A stretch of DNA of 64,000 bases from an uncultured delta proteobacterium. GTDB lineage: Bacteria > Myxococcota > Kuafuiibacteriia > Kuafuiibacteriales > Kuafuiibacteriaceae. This document shows, in pieces, positions 10,701 through 20,145 of the stretch. The stretch is taken from positions 263,413 through 327,412 of the forward strand of contig CAWDML010000004.1 in NCBI GenBank assembly GCA_963803435.1, written 5' to 3'. Under the pieces are notes generated by a model that was not told the origin of the DNA, ran no database searches, and saw nothing but the letters and a program-made list of their open reading frames with translations. The translations under genes were made by a program, and so were the position numbers. Each line of letters starts with the position of its first letter. Position 1 is the stretch's first letter.

Positions 10701-10726
10701 TAAAAGCCACGACGGATCCCCTGCAT
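7703..10726 (-). CDS. Large lipoprotein with 14 beta-propeller-type repeats
   Basis: GGAGG RBS; signal ending LSVAGC; N-terminal domain ending YPAILDP; 14 repeats of PxVAxxGxxxLVxWxDxRxxxxDIYxxRV. Confidence 0.85.
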   Translation of the reverse strand: MQGIRRGFYVVVLLSVAGCGPDASTAQEPLSIEDGSAAVTPSFDLDTLTTRLRQSYRERDGALVAARPTYGVRSRDGVVEITPRHHVTTDAESGEPARTIEGPAVRLETVAISRDVSFDLGAPRTSAIEGTIQIERSVAQEQFINREAGVEQLWLFDAAPAGQGNLEIRVHLDGLAYVGQSEEGHHFADETTRMGIRYGLATWIDGAAQETEVPVEFEDGDLVLTVPRKTVDESVYPAILDPTIFAEFGLTLAGVGPSVTDEETPAVAFDGTNWLVVWSDLRTLISKDIYGTRVDANGNPIETVSIPICTANYDQVAPAVAFNGSRYLVVWADSRTGSGAGNYDIRGALVDTAGVVSPDFVISNAADNQVEPDVAWAGAGDTFVVTWQDRRSGIDAVYAGRIDGGGNRLDGNGFSIDDGLTAERFPAVACNGTNCLFCWQDGNPPNEDPVARRFDPFAGTIDISNIALKTNRQGRDSRCDVAYDGTANYVAVWQDSRAGNFDIYAGRVAAADGTSLDVMTNGILVTGAIRNQTIPSITFDSVNNQFLVAWQDLRGGDGTTSDVYGARLSTAGVVLDATGRLYSGGVNDQLAPAIAFGASRSLVTWQDNRREVDGRFDIQATQVNANGGVTNSTGTVLALAQGRQTSAAIAHDGTRYFVVYSDSQLNGAGNLNIRAVRVNNDGTVLDPNGGRTICNAVGNQSAPDIAWNGTQFLVVWADRRNGNWDIFGTRVDSNYQVLDGSGFPIATGAEDQNFPKVAYNAHAAAQAFLVAWQDRRSGTNWDIYAGRVRNNGTLMDGNGVVIANAANDQRRPDVASDNVNWIVVWDDRRSGVAGGEDIYSRRFIRNGTLSPEQLVTNAANAQTSPTVVFNGTTWFAAWTDTRSDPMNYDIYGTRIFTTGVTANPGSIAMVTGPLDSYNPALVAVGGAHFMVYRQEVALGSPDVDLYGGNFTQGGLPSGAAFIVSNDPGNEDEPAIGARNATDTLVAYQRFVAASSSVRVRARRVTVP

Positions 10727-10978
10727 CATATCCTCCATCAGTGCCGTAGAACGCCCCAGCGATTCATGGCGCCCCGCCCGGCAATATTCTCCGAAACGGC
10801 CGGCCAATCAAGCCCGCCGCAATGGAGAGATCGGACGACCTGTCGATCGGTGGAGGCCTGAAAGGGCGACCGGCGAGCGCCGTGCCGAGGGCGGGTTGCA
10901 ATCACCGCCGGGCCACGCCTCGACCGTACCTGCGGATTTGACTCCCGCCTCTTCGCCTTGCCAGGATGGCCGGCCCCG

Positions 10979-12457
10979 ATGTGGAAACGCAGCCTCGGTC
11001 TTCTCTCCGACGCGGCCACCTACGGCGCCAGCAGCGCCACGATGCAGGTCGTCGGGTTCCTCCTTCTGCCGCTCTACACCCGCCATCTAAGCCCCGAGGA
11101 CTATGGCGTGATCGCGATGTTGGCGATGACCAACCTGCTCTTCGGGGCCATCGCGAACCTCGGGATCCAGAACGCCATCTTCCGCAACTTCAATCGCACC
11201 GACGACCCCCAACGGCGTCGCGATGTGCTCAGCACGGGGCTGTTGAGCGTGACCATCTCCTCCGTGCTCTTCTTCGCGTTGTGCTGGCCGTTCGCAGGTT
11301 TCATCGGCGACGCCCTGGTGGGCGATCTCAGCCGACCTGACTACGTCCTCATCAGCCTGGCCACCGGCGCCATGGCCACCGTTGGAAACGTCCCGTTTGC
11401 GGTGCTGCGCGCGCTCCGGCGTGTGAAGATGGCTGGAGCGCTCAACATCCTGAAAGTGGCGGTCACCGCGGGCGTGACGATCGTCCTCGTCGTCTACCTG
11501 AAGATGGGTGTTCTGGGTGTCCTGTGGGCGAACCTGATCAGCGAGCTCATCCTCCTCGTCATCAAGCTCGCGATCACGTTTCAGTCCTATCAGCTCCGCA
11601 TGGACATGGGCGTGCTCAGGGAGATGCTCGCCTACGGACTGCCCTATGTGCCCAACGGCCTACAGGCGACCGCACTCCACTACTTCGGCCAGTACGTGCT
11701 CGCCCACATGCTGAGCCTTCAGGAGGCAGGTCTCTACAACGTCGCCATGAAGTTCTCGGCGCCGCTCGCGTTCGTCGTCCAGGCAATCCAACAGGCGTAT
11801 GTCCCTCACAAGTTCGAGATCCATGCTCAGGAGAAGGATCCGCAGTCGCTCTTCCGATCGATCACGACCTACTATTTCGCAGGAACCTTCTATCTCTGGC
11901 TCGGCGTCTCCCTGTGGGGACCTGAGTCTGTTCGCTTCCTGACGAGCCATCGCTTTCACGCCGCCGCGCTCCAGATCCCCTTTGCCGCCGCAGTCCCGCT
12001 CGCGCGCGGCTTCCGCTTCATGCTCGGTACGGGCATGGAGGTCGTCGATGACCAGCGGCCTGTCCCGTTCGTCAGCGCCGTGGGGCTCGCGGTCGTCGTC
12101 GCCTCGAGCTTCTGGCTCGTGGGCGAGTTCGGCGGTGCTGGCGCCGCGCTGGCTCCTGTCATTGGCTGGCTCGTGATGGCCGGGATGATCTACTACTTTG
12201 CGCAGAAGCGGTTCCGCGTCTCCTACGATTGGCCTGCGCTCATCGCGTTCGGCACCCTCGCCATCGGCGGCGTGGTCCTGGGCCGCTTCGTGTCCGGAAG
12301 CCCCGCGGTCCTGCGGTTTGCGATTCTCGTGGCGATCTCGTTGGCCTATCCGATCCTCGCCTACGTGGCGCTGGTGCGCTCGCCTGCGGAGGGCGCGCGC
12401 GTGCGCGGAATGGTGTTGCGCGTCAGGCGAAAAGTGATAGGGGAGCCTTCCGCGTGA
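10979..12457 (+). CDS. wzx: Oligosaccharide flippase
   Basis: About 12-14 TMs; N-terminal FLLLPLYTRHLSPEDYG; LxYGLP and GLYNVA motifs of PST/MOP flippases. Confidence 0.92.
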   Translation: MWKRSLGLLSDAATYGASSATMQVVGFLLLPLYTRHLSPEDYGVIAMLAMTNLLFGAIANLGIQNAIFRNFNRTDDPQRRRDVLSTGLLSVTISSVLFFALCWPFAGFIGDALVGDLSRPDYVLISLATGAMATVGNVPFAVLRALRRVKMAGALNILKVAVTAGVTIVLVVYLKMGVLGVLWANLISELILLVIKLAITFQSYQLRMDMGVLREMLAYGLPYVPNGLQATALHYFGQYVLAHMLSLQEAGLYNVAMKFSAPLAFVVQAIQQAYVPHKFEIHAQEKDPQSLFRSITTYYFAGTFYLWLGVSLWGPESVRFLTSHRFHAAALQIPFAAAVPLARGFRFMLGTGMEVVDDQRPVPFVSAVGLAVVVASSFWLVGEFGGAGAALAPVIGWLVMAGMIYYFAQKRFRVSYDWPALIAFGTLAIGGVVLGRFVSGSPAVLRFAILVAISLAYPILAYVALVRSPAEGARVRGMVLRVRRKVIGEPSA

Positions 12458-13455
12458 GAGCGGCCCTCATCGGTTTCGGACCCCACGGCAGACGGCTGCT
12501 GTCGGCGCTCGGCGAGACCCCCGCGGTTCAGCTGGTCGCTGTCGCGGATCGCCGCGCGGAGGCTTTTGCACAGTCGCCGCTCCCGGCGGAGATCGAACGG
12601 TTCGAATCCTCCTCGACGCTGTTCGAGAAGATCGCGCCCGACCTGGTGTGCATCGCGACCAACGGGCCGTCGCACGCCTCGATCGCTCTCGAGGCCATCC
12701 GTCATGGTGCGACCCACGTCCTGGTGGAGAAGCCGATGGCGTGCTCGCTGGACGCGTGTGATCGGATGATCGAGGCCGCCGACCGGGCCGGGGCGCGCAT
12801 GGTGGTCGTGTCGCGGCGACCGCATCCGCTCTACCGGTGGCTGCGCGCGCAGATCGGATCCGGTGTTTGGGGTGAGTTTCGCTCGATCTTCATCCAGCAA
12901 CCGGGGATCGGCCTCGGCTGTCTCGGCGTCCACGCATTCGATCAGATCGCTTTTCTCGCCCAGCGACGGATCGAGCGCGTGACCGCCTGGGTAGATCCGT
13001 TCCGAGGTCCCAACCCCAGGGGTGCGGAGTTCGTGGACCCGGGCGGAACCGTCGTGCTGGAGCTCGGCGGCCCCCGCGCGATCCTGGCTCAGATCGAAGG
13101 TGGCGCCGGACCGATGGCGATGGAGCTCGACCTGGCCGGAGCCCGCATCCAGATCGACGAGGAGGTGCGGATCCTCGAACGCGATCTCAGCGTGAAGCCC
13201 GGCCCCGATCGACCGCCGGTGTTTCGGCGGATCGATCCTCCAGACCTGGCGCCGAAGCCTACGCCGGCTGCGGTCCTCCGGGGTGCGATCGACGAGCTGA
13301 TCGCGTCGGGTCCGATCGAGTGCAGCGCCGAGGCTGGGCGAGATGCGGTGGAGGTTCTGGTCGCAGCCCATCTGTCGCATCGGCGGGGCAACGTGCCGGT
13401 CGCGCTCCCGCTCCGATCCTCCGAGGAGCGAAGCGAGTGGCTGTCGGTCACATGA
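12454..13455 (+). CDS. Gfo/Idh/MocA family oxidoreductase
   Basis: ALIGFGPHG, IATNGPSH, VLVEKPMA, HAFD. GTGA overlap with the wzx stop. Confidence 0.88.
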   Translation: MRAALIGFGPHGRRLLSALGETPAVQLVAVADRRAEAFAQSPLPAEIERFESSSTLFEKIAPDLVCIATNGPSHASIALEAIRHGATHVLVEKPMACSLDACDRMIEAADRAGARMVVVSRRPHPLYRWLRAQIGSGVWGEFRSIFIQQPGIGLGCLGVHAFDQIAFLAQRRIERVTAWVDPFRGPNPRGAEFVDPGGTVVLELGGPRAILAQIEGGAGPMAMELDLAGARIQIDEEVRILERDLSVKPGPDRPPVFRRIDPPDLAPKPTPAAVLRGAIDELIASGPIECSAEAGRDAVEVLVAAHLSHRRGNVPVALPLRSSEERSEWLSVT

Positions 13456-14927
13456 CCCGACGCTCCGCCCAACAGCTGGGCGATCGGTGCGTCGCGGAGA
13501 TGAAGGCGCGCCTCCTGGATGCCGGCCTCGCCTCCATCCCCGTCGGTTCAGGCCGCGAGTCGCTCTTCGCGATCATCGAGGGACATCTCATCCAGCGCTG
13601 TGCCGACGTCCTCGACCAGGGAGGCGCCGCTCCCGGCGCCCAGCGGGCCAAGGACTGGCTCTTCGCGCGGCTGTATCGCGCCAAGAGCCTCACTCTTCCC
13701 CGTGGCGCGCGCCGGTTCGACGTCCGACCGCGTGAGGGCTGCAAGCGGGTCCTCGCGATGCCGCACAACGCCGCCCAGCTGGTTCATGCCCAGAGCATCG
13801 CCGACTCCGACGCCGGCCTCGAGCTCCACTTCGTGATCCGCGACCCGCGCGATGCCGTACGTTCGGCGTCTCACTGCGTGGTCGCGAGGGCCTACGCGAG
13901 ACCTCGGGTGGACGAGCTCATCCGTGCCCATGCCGAGCTTGCGCTGGCTCGCGCAGTGTTGCGTCGACCCGGCCTGGGGCTGGATCAGGCCACCTGGTCG
14001 CGGCTCGTGGGAGTTGTCCTTCGCGAGGCTGATCTCCTCTTGCAACCGACGATGACGGTCGCCCGAGCGATGGATCGCGCAATCGACGAGCTTGGTCCCC
14101 AGGTGATCCTCGTGGGCAATCCGTGCACCGCGGACGGGGTTGTGACCACGATGGTGGCGCGACAGCACCGTCTGCCCACGGTCAGTCTTCAGCACGGAGA
14201 CATTCGTCCCGAGAACGATGAGTGGGCACGCGCGCAGGTCGACACGTTGATGGTCTGGGGAACCTACGCGCGGGACGTGCTCTTCGAGCTCGGAGTTGAT
14301 CCGGGTCGGGTCGTGGTGACGGGGGCTCCGTGGACCGATCGCCTGGTGTCGCGCCAGCGTCGCGTGGACCGCCCACGTGTGCTGGTTGCGCTCTCGGGCG
14401 CAGGACACAGCGTGGGCATGAACGAGCACCTCGCCCACGTGCGCCGGCTCATCGCCGCCTCCGCCGAGCTTCCCCACTACGATTGGCGGTTCCGCCTCCA
14501 CCGGAAGGACGACCCCGAGATCTATCGGAGGCTGATGTCGGAGATACCGGGATCGACGGGGACGATCGTGGAGACTCGCGGGCAGGTCACCACCATCTAC
14601 GAGGATCTCGAGCCTGCGCGCGCGCTGATCACCGTCACCTCCGCCTCCGCGCAGGACGGAATGATGGTCGGAGTTCCGGTGGTCACGCTGGGAAGGCCGT
14701 CGGGTGAGCCGGTTCCGGCGTACGTCGAGCAGCGCGCGACCGTGCACGTCGAGCCGGATGAGCCCCTGGCCGCTCGCCTCGAAGACGTGGTGGAGCACGG
14801 CGCTGGTGAAGAGATCCGAGCGAACGCGCAGCGGTTCGTCGAGCGATACTTCGGCCCGGTCGACGGACGATCGTCGGTGAGGGTGGCGTCAATCCTGTCC
14901 GCGATCGCTGCCGGGGAGAGACGATGA
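13452..14927 (+). CDS. GT-B-fold surface-carbohydrate protein, candidate nonulosonate (sialyl-like) transferase
   Basis: SLQHG, MVWG, VVTGAP, FRLHRKDD, ITVTSAS...GVPV and terminal DGRSSVRV pattern. Translationally coupled within the wzx operon. Confidence 0.55.
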   Translation: MTRRSAQQLGDRCVAEMKARLLDAGLASIPVGSGRESLFAIIEGHLIQRCADVLDQGGAAPGAQRAKDWLFARLYRAKSLTLPRGARRFDVRPREGCKRVLAMPHNAAQLVHAQSIADSDAGLELHFVIRDPRDAVRSASHCVVARAYARPRVDELIRAHAELALARAVLRRPGLGLDQATWSRLVGVVLREADLLLQPTMTVARAMDRAIDELGPQVILVGNPCTADGVVTTMVARQHRLPTVSLQHGDIRPENDEWARAQVDTLMVWGTYARDVLFELGVDPGRVVVTGAPWTDRLVSRQRRVDRPRVLVALSGAGHSVGMNEHLAHVRRLIAASAELPHYDWRFRLHRKDDPEIYRRLMSEIPGSTGTIVETRGQVTTIYEDLEPARALITVTSASAQDGMMVGVPVVTLGRPSGEPVPAYVEQRATVHVEPDEPLAARLEDVVEHGAGEEIRANAQRFVERYFGPVDGRSSVRVASILSAIAAGERR

Positions 14928-15892
14928 GCCCAGCAAGCAAACGACTCGCGCTGGTTGGCTTCGGCCGGATCGCGACCAAGCACATCGAGGTCTTCCGAGC
15001 GCTCGGTTGCGAGGTCGTGGCGTGCTGCAACCGGAGCGAGGAGAAGCGCGCGCGTGCCCGTGCGGAGGCGGGAATCCCATCCACGTTTGGCTCGATCCCG
15101 GAGATGCTCGAGCGCGAGCTCCCCGATGGGGTCGTCGTCTGTGCCTCCTTCGACGGGATCGCCGCCGCGGCGTCGCCAATCGTGGAGGCCGGCGTCCCCG
15201 TGTTGGTCGAGAAGCCGCCCGCAATCTCCATCCAGGAGCTCGACGGCTTCATCGCAAGTGCCGACGAGGCCCGGTGCCCGGTGATGGTCGGTCTCAACCG
15301 CCGCCACTACTCGGTCGTGCGCAGGGCGCTGGGAGACTCGGACGAGCCGATCACGATGGTATCCGTCTCCTGGTCCGAGAGCCCGATCGACCTCGCCGGG
15401 CGCTTCACCCGGGATCAGATCGGACGGATGATCTTCGGCAACAGCATCCATGGGCTCGACCTGATGACGCTCTTCGGAGGCGAGCTCGAGGAGCCCGGGA
15501 TCGTTGCGCACGACCTGGGTGGGTTCCGCTGGCTCATGGATCTCCACGGGACCTCCGACCGGGGCGTCCTCTGCCACTTCGAATCGACCTGGGATGCGCC
15601 CGGCCGCTGGCGGGTCGAGGTCACGAGACCGGGCCGCCGCTACGTCTTCGCGCCGCTGGAGACCTGTCGCGTCTTCGAGGCTGGCGGCGCCGAACGCGTC
15701 CTCGAGCCTGACGAGGACGACCGCAGGTTCAAGCCCGGGTTCATGTCACAGGCGAGGACCTTCCTGGAGGTGATCGAGACGCGACAGGTCCCCGATGCGG
15801 TCACGTTGCGAGCCGCCCGACCGGCGGTGAAGCTTGCCGAGTCGCTCACGCACGCCCTGACGGGGACGGACTTCGAAGGGGTACGCCGGTGA
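14924..15892 (+). CDS. Gfo/Idh/MocA family oxidoreductase
   Basis: LVGFGRIA, VLVEKPP, VGLNRR, NSIHGLD. Confidence 0.88.
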   Translation: MSPASKRLALVGFGRIATKHIEVFRALGCEVVACCNRSEEKRARARAEAGIPSTFGSIPEMLERELPDGVVVCASFDGIAAAASPIVEAGVPVLVEKPPAISIQELDGFIASADEARCPVMVGLNRRHYSVVRRALGDSDEPITMVSVSWSESPIDLAGRFTRDQIGRMIFGNSIHGLDLMTLFGGELEEPGIVAHDLGGFRWLMDLHGTSDRGVLCHFESTWDAPGRWRVEVTRPGRRYVFAPLETCRVFEAGGAERVLEPDEDDRRFKPGFMSQARTFLEVIETRQVPDAVTLRAARPAVKLAESLTHALTGTDFEGVRR

Positions 15893-16893
15893 AACTCCAT
15901 TTCATCGTGGGGATGTCGAGGGCGGGTACGACCTGGCTGGCGAAGACGCTGAACGAGCACTCCCAGGTGGTGGTGATCGGCGAGACCTCCTTCTTCGGCC
16001 GGGCCTGGGAGGATCCGGGACCCTCCGGCATCTACTCCACAGACCAGGTCCGAGCGATCGCCGGCCGCTACACAGGCCGCCGTGGGCGCGTGCAGGTGTT
16101 CTTCGGCGGCCTCGGGCTGCTCGCGGGCGGTCCGGGAAGCTATCGACGGATCGACGAGACGAACTGCGAGGCGGTCCTTGCGCGTGTCCTGAACGACGCA
16201 CACGGACCTTCGACCCCGAGGATCCTCTTCGAGCAGATCGCCCAGGGGGTGGCGGACGCGGAGGACAAGAGCGTCGTCGTGGAGAAGACGCCCCACCACC
16301 TGAACTGGGTCGATCGCATCGCAGAGAACTTTCCGGAGTCGAAGTTCGTCGTGCTGGTGCGCGACGCGTACGGCTTCATGCGCTCCTACAAGCACTACGT
16401 GCAGACCGCGACCGCGCTCGATGGCGCCGGCAACAACCTCAACTACCACCCGGCTGCATGCGCCATGATCTGGCGAGGCTACGTCCGCTCGGCGTTCGAC
16501 GTCCTCGCGCGCTATCCGGACCGCACCCTCCGGCTCGACTTCGACGCGATGACGAGACGTCCCGAGGAATCGATGGAGCGCGTCCAGAGCTTCCTGGGGG
16601 TCGCGCGCGAGACGATCGCCGGACGCGTCCCCCGCGACAACTCGAGCTTCAAGGGCCGGTCGGCAGGCGAGCTGGATCCCGATGACGTCTTTTGGATGAA
16701 CCTGCTCGCAGCGGCAGAGCTGCGACGGATGGACATCCAGCCGAGGCCGACCGCGGTCGGGCCGAAGGCGATCGCTCGGTCCGTCGGTGCGCTCGGCCCG
16801 TGGGGCTACCGGGCCTTCCGCACGCTCTCCGCCAGGACCCAGGGCTCGGTGGTCGCGTACGTCCGGCGCTGGGTGAATCGTCCCACGGCGTGA
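15889..16893 (+). CDS. Sulfotransferase
   Basis: 5'-PSB loop IVGMSRAGTTWL, EKTPHH, 3'-PB LVRDAYGFMRS. Confidence 0.88.
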   Translation: MKLHFIVGMSRAGTTWLAKTLNEHSQVVVIGETSFFGRAWEDPGPSGIYSTDQVRAIAGRYTGRRGRVQVFFGGLGLLAGGPGSYRRIDETNCEAVLARVLNDAHGPSTPRILFEQIAQGVADAEDKSVVVEKTPHHLNWVDRIAENFPESKFVVLVRDAYGFMRSYKHYVQTATALDGAGNNLNYHPAACAMIWRGYVRSAFDVLARYPDRTLRLDFDAMTRRPEESMERVQSFLGVARETIAGRVPRDNSSFKGRSAGELDPDDVFWMNLLAAAELRRMDIQPRPTAVGPKAIARSVGALGPWGYRAFRTLSARTQGSVVAYVRRWVNRPTA

Positions 16894-16897
16894 GCGA

Positions 16898-17839
16898 CTA
16901 CCAGTTGGTGGATGTTTCGTACCCGGTGGAGATCAGGACCTGCTCGAGGATCGGCTTGATCGACGCCTTGTCGACGGCGCCGAGCTCCTCTCGCCAGCCT
17001 CGGGCCGGCTTCTCGGAGAGGTTTCCCAGCCGAGCGGTCGTCCCCTGTCGCATGCGCCCCTCGTCGTGCTGCCCGACCGCCTCTTCGATCTCCAGGTCCG
17101 TCATCGACAGCCTGTGCCGCGCCACGAATTTGCCAAGCTCCCGCCTCGCGTCGGCTTTCCAGTCCTCATACCGCATGACGTCGATCCCACAGGATTCCCG
17201 GTGCTTCTCCACCTCCGAGAGTGTCTCGACGTATGAGCGGGCCCAACCTTCGATCGAGGTCTTCTGTCCGAAGCGCTTGCGATACTTGATCGACAGGCAA
17301 ACGTCTCGCGGATCACGAACGATGAAACACATGATCGCTCCGGGATACGCGCGACGGAGCAGCGGCGCGATGCGAACATGGTTCCCGGCGGTGTCGATCG
17401 TCTCCACCCGACCGTGCGTCTCGGCCGGCGCGTCGAGGTCGAACGGACCAAGGTTGAACGGCATCAAGAGCTCCGGCCGCTTCACCCTGAACCCTTTGGT
17501 ATGCTCAGGAAGCGTCCACAGCCGCCCGCGCTCGAACGACTCGAAGAGCACGTACAGGGCCCGCCCGGGAACCAGCGCCGGCGCCCGCGCGAGCCACGCC
17601 AGCGGCTTCCCGGTCTTTCCACCCAACAGCTTCACCTCGTGAATGAACACGTGCGTCCGCGCATGGCCCAGCAGCGCACCGATCCAGGTCGATCCGGCCG
17701 AAGGCGTGCTCATGACGAAGATCGGTCGGCGCTGCGCGCGATCTCCGTAGAGGGAGGGGACCACGCTGTGGGTGACGAAGGCGCCGAGCTTCCGCTCAGC
17801 CAGCAAGGTTCGCACGATGACCCGACCGATTCTCAACAT
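16898..17839 (-). CDS. Sulfotransferase
   Basis: PIFVMSTPSAGSTW, IVRDPRDVCLS, RYEDW, terminal GW motif. Confidence 0.82.
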   Translation of the reverse strand: MLRIGRVIVRTLLAERKLGAFVTHSVVPSLYGDRAQRRPIFVMSTPSAGSTWIGALLGHARTHVFIHEVKLLGGKTGKPLAWLARAPALVPGRALYVLFESFERGRLWTLPEHTKGFRVKRPELLMPFNLGPFDLDAPAETHGRVETIDTAGNHVRIAPLLRRAYPGAIMCFIVRDPRDVCLSIKYRKRFGQKTSIEGWARSYVETLSEVEKHRESCGIDVMRYEDWKADARRELGKFVARHRLSMTDLEIEEAVGQHDEGRMRQGTTARLGNLSEKPARGWREELGAVDKASIKPILEQVLISTGYETSTNW

Positions 17840-17909
17840 GAACGATCGCCTTCCACATGGGGCTTGCTATCGGACACGAGTGGACCACCGGAATGGCAGC
17901 ATCTACCAC

Positions 17910-18854
17910 TCACGAGCTGTGACGCGCCCGCAGTACGCGAATGAGCTCCCGCGTGCGCCGTCTCGTCATCGCGACCGCGTGCCTCGTGTTCGCCTCCAGC
18001 CTATCGAGGAGCGCGTGGCGATGGCCGACTTCGTAACCCTGCTCCCGGAGTTCCTTGCCATACACGACCTCGGTCACGAGCACTTCTGGTGCACCAGGCT
18101 GCTCCTTCCACCGATAGACCGACTTCGGATCGAACATCTGCGAGACGTCGTGGAAGGCCGAGTTATCATTCCAGCTCAGCCCTCTATCCGAAAACGAGGA
18201 CAGGTCTGTCGTGATTGTGGATCCGAGAAACCGCGAAATGAGGGGGACGATTCGGTCCTTCTCGAGAATGAGATCCTCGAAGCGAATCTTGATGAGCCTC
18301 GGGTGCTCTAGAGCTCGTGCCGCCGCTGCGTCTCGCGCGTAAAGCGCAAGGTAGTGATGCAGCGAGTAGTCGGCAAAACGATTCTTGGCGGACAGCAGTA
18401 CGTCGCGCATGTCGCGGGTCATGTGGATGATCCGGAGGTCGGTTTTTGCTAGAAGCTCCGCCATCCACATGCCGCAACGGGTGACCTTGGTTCCGATCAC
18501 TGCAGCACTCGGGTTTTGGGCGCTCAGGACATCCAGCCCGCGATAGTAGAGCTCTTGCAGCGACGAGAAGTCCGGCTTGAGCCGATCGAATCCCGACTGG
18601 CCCATCCCGCTCGCTTCCGCCTTCAACTCGGCCAGCAAGACGTTTCGCGCCCGCTTCCCAAGCTCTTGGTCGATCCTTTCGATGTGGAGCTGACGTGAGG
18701 TCCAAAAGAGGGACTTGAAGAAGTCTCGAATGACGACGACCTCGGGCTGAGCGTTGAGGAAATTCGCCAGCATCGTCGTTCCCGAACGATTCACACCCGT
18801 CACGAGAAGTCGTTTCACGCCGGTGCTCTCGACGCGATGTGCTGTGTCATTCAT
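17910..18854 (-). CDS. Sulfotransferase
   Basis: VTGVNRSGTTML, GTK, TRDMRDVLLS, IRFEDL, SVYRWK. Confidence 0.88.
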   Translation of the reverse strand: MNDTAHRVESTGVKRLLVTGVNRSGTTMLANFLNAQPEVVVIRDFFKSLFWTSRQLHIERIDQELGKRARNVLLAELKAEASGMGQSGFDRLKPDFSSLQELYYRGLDVLSAQNPSAAVIGTKVTRCGMWMAELLAKTDLRIIHMTRDMRDVLLSAKNRFADYSLHHYLALYARDAAAARALEHPRLIKIRFEDLILEKDRIVPLISRFLGSTITTDLSSFSDRGLSWNDNSAFHDVSQMFDPKSVYRWKEQPGAPEVLVTEVVYGKELREQGYEVGHRHALLDRLEANTRHAVAMTRRRTRELIRVLRARHSS

Positions 18855-18879
18855 GTCGGACCTACTCCTCGCGAATGCG

Positions 18880-20145
18880 TCAGTAGTCGCTGCGCCATAC
18901 GCCTTCGACGCAGCAGAGCCCAAGACACAATCCAATTCCAAGCGAGAAGGCCGGGCTGTACAGGATCTCCTCAGAAAAGAACCCTCGCAAGCACCACAGG
19001 ACTAACATGATCCGGAGGAGCGAGTGAGCGTGACGTGCGGATCCGGGTTGAGCGGCGGCGCCCCAGGCCGGACGAAACCACATGCTCAAGGCCAGGATCA
19101 GGAAGGCGAAGACGAGCGAGAATCCTCCGCCCGCAAAAATCGTTGCAAAGACATTGTGCGTAGAGGGCGCAAAGCCATTCGGCGAGCGGATCGCAACTTG
19201 AGTTGGGATCCGTTGCGGTGACACGCCGAGGAGTGGGTGTTCCCAGCCGATCTCGAGGGACTGCTCGAGGATCCACAAGCGGTAGCTGTCGGAGGAATAG
19301 CCCGCCTCGGTCTTGTTGGCGCGGACCTCAATCACGCGCGTGTTGCCGAAGTTCTCGATTAGCAACATACCAGTGACCACGATCACCGAGATCAGAAGAA
19401 GGTTTCGAATCCTCCCGATCGACTTCAGCCCTAATACGGCGCCGATCGCGATCATCCCGAGCCACCCCGAGCGATTGCCGGACGAGAACGTCGCCAAGAT
19501 GGTCAGAAGGATTCCGCCGATCAGGAGCCAGCGGTAGAGGAGGGCGGACTTCTGCGTCACGAGGGTGTGGGCACCGATGAGCACCGCGGGGAGCAGGTAC
19601 ATCGAGAACGCATTCTTGTTCGCGATGCCCTGGAGGGGATTGATGCCCTCGGGGGACTCCAGGTCTCCGGTGACGAGGCCGCGGAGGCTGATGGCGGCGG
19701 CGGCCATGACGAACGCCAGGCCGATGGCGCGGAAGTCGGCGCGGGTGCGGATGCCGAGCGCGCCGGCGAAGACGATGACCATCGAGGCGGCGAACTTGAA
19801 GGTGACGGAGGTGCCGCGGGGCTCGATCAGGGCGGTCAGTGAGAAGAGCGCGAGGACGAGAAAGAGGCTCGCAGTGATGTGCTGGGGGACGGAGCGGAGG
19901 CGGTTGAGGCCGATCAGGAGGATGATCGGGGCGGCGAAGTTGATCGGATGGACCTGAAGGCCGTCGATCTCGACGCGGAACATGGGAAAGGCCGAGAGCG
20001 CCAGGAGGAGCGTCGCGAAGGCGAGGACCCAGCCGGAGCGGCTGATTTTGGAGTCGCCGGGCTCTTCTTCGGGCACGGCGACCGGCGCGTGGCTCAACGC
20101 GCGGGGGGGGAATGGGGAGCGGGGGTCGACGCCGACGGCTCTCAT
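18880..20145 (-). CDS. Wzy polymerase / O-antigen ligase family membrane protein
   Basis: About 10 TMs; NKNAF, SGNRSGW, R..I......WEHPLLGV, STHNVF (Wzy_C). Confidence 0.85.
   Translation of the reverse strand: MRAVGVDPRSPFPPRALSHAPVAVPEEEPGDSKISRSGWVLAFATLLLALSAFPMFRVEIDGLQVHPINFAAPIILLIGLNRLRSVPQHITASLFLVLALFSLTALIEPRGTSVTFKFAASMVIVFAGALGIRTRADFRAIGLAFVMAAAAISLRGLVTGDLESPEGINPLQGIANKNAFSMYLLPAVLIGAHTLVTQKSALLYRWLLIGGILLTILATFSSGNRSGWLGMIAIGAVLGLKSIGRIRNLLLISVIVVTGMLLIENFGNTRVIEVRANKTEAGYSSDSYRLWILEQSLEIGWEHPLLGVSPQRIPTQVAIRSPNGFAPSTHNVFATIFAGGGFSLVFAFLILALSMWFRPAWGAAAQPGSARHAHSLLRIMLVLWCLRGFFSEEILYSPAFSLGIGLCLGLCCVEGVWRSDY

Noticed and set aside
10872-10887. Sigma-54-like CGGCACG-N4-TCGC on the minus strand upstream of the propeller lipoprotein
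   Set aside because: Spacing is right, but such GC-rich matches arise easily by chance; no supporting evidence.
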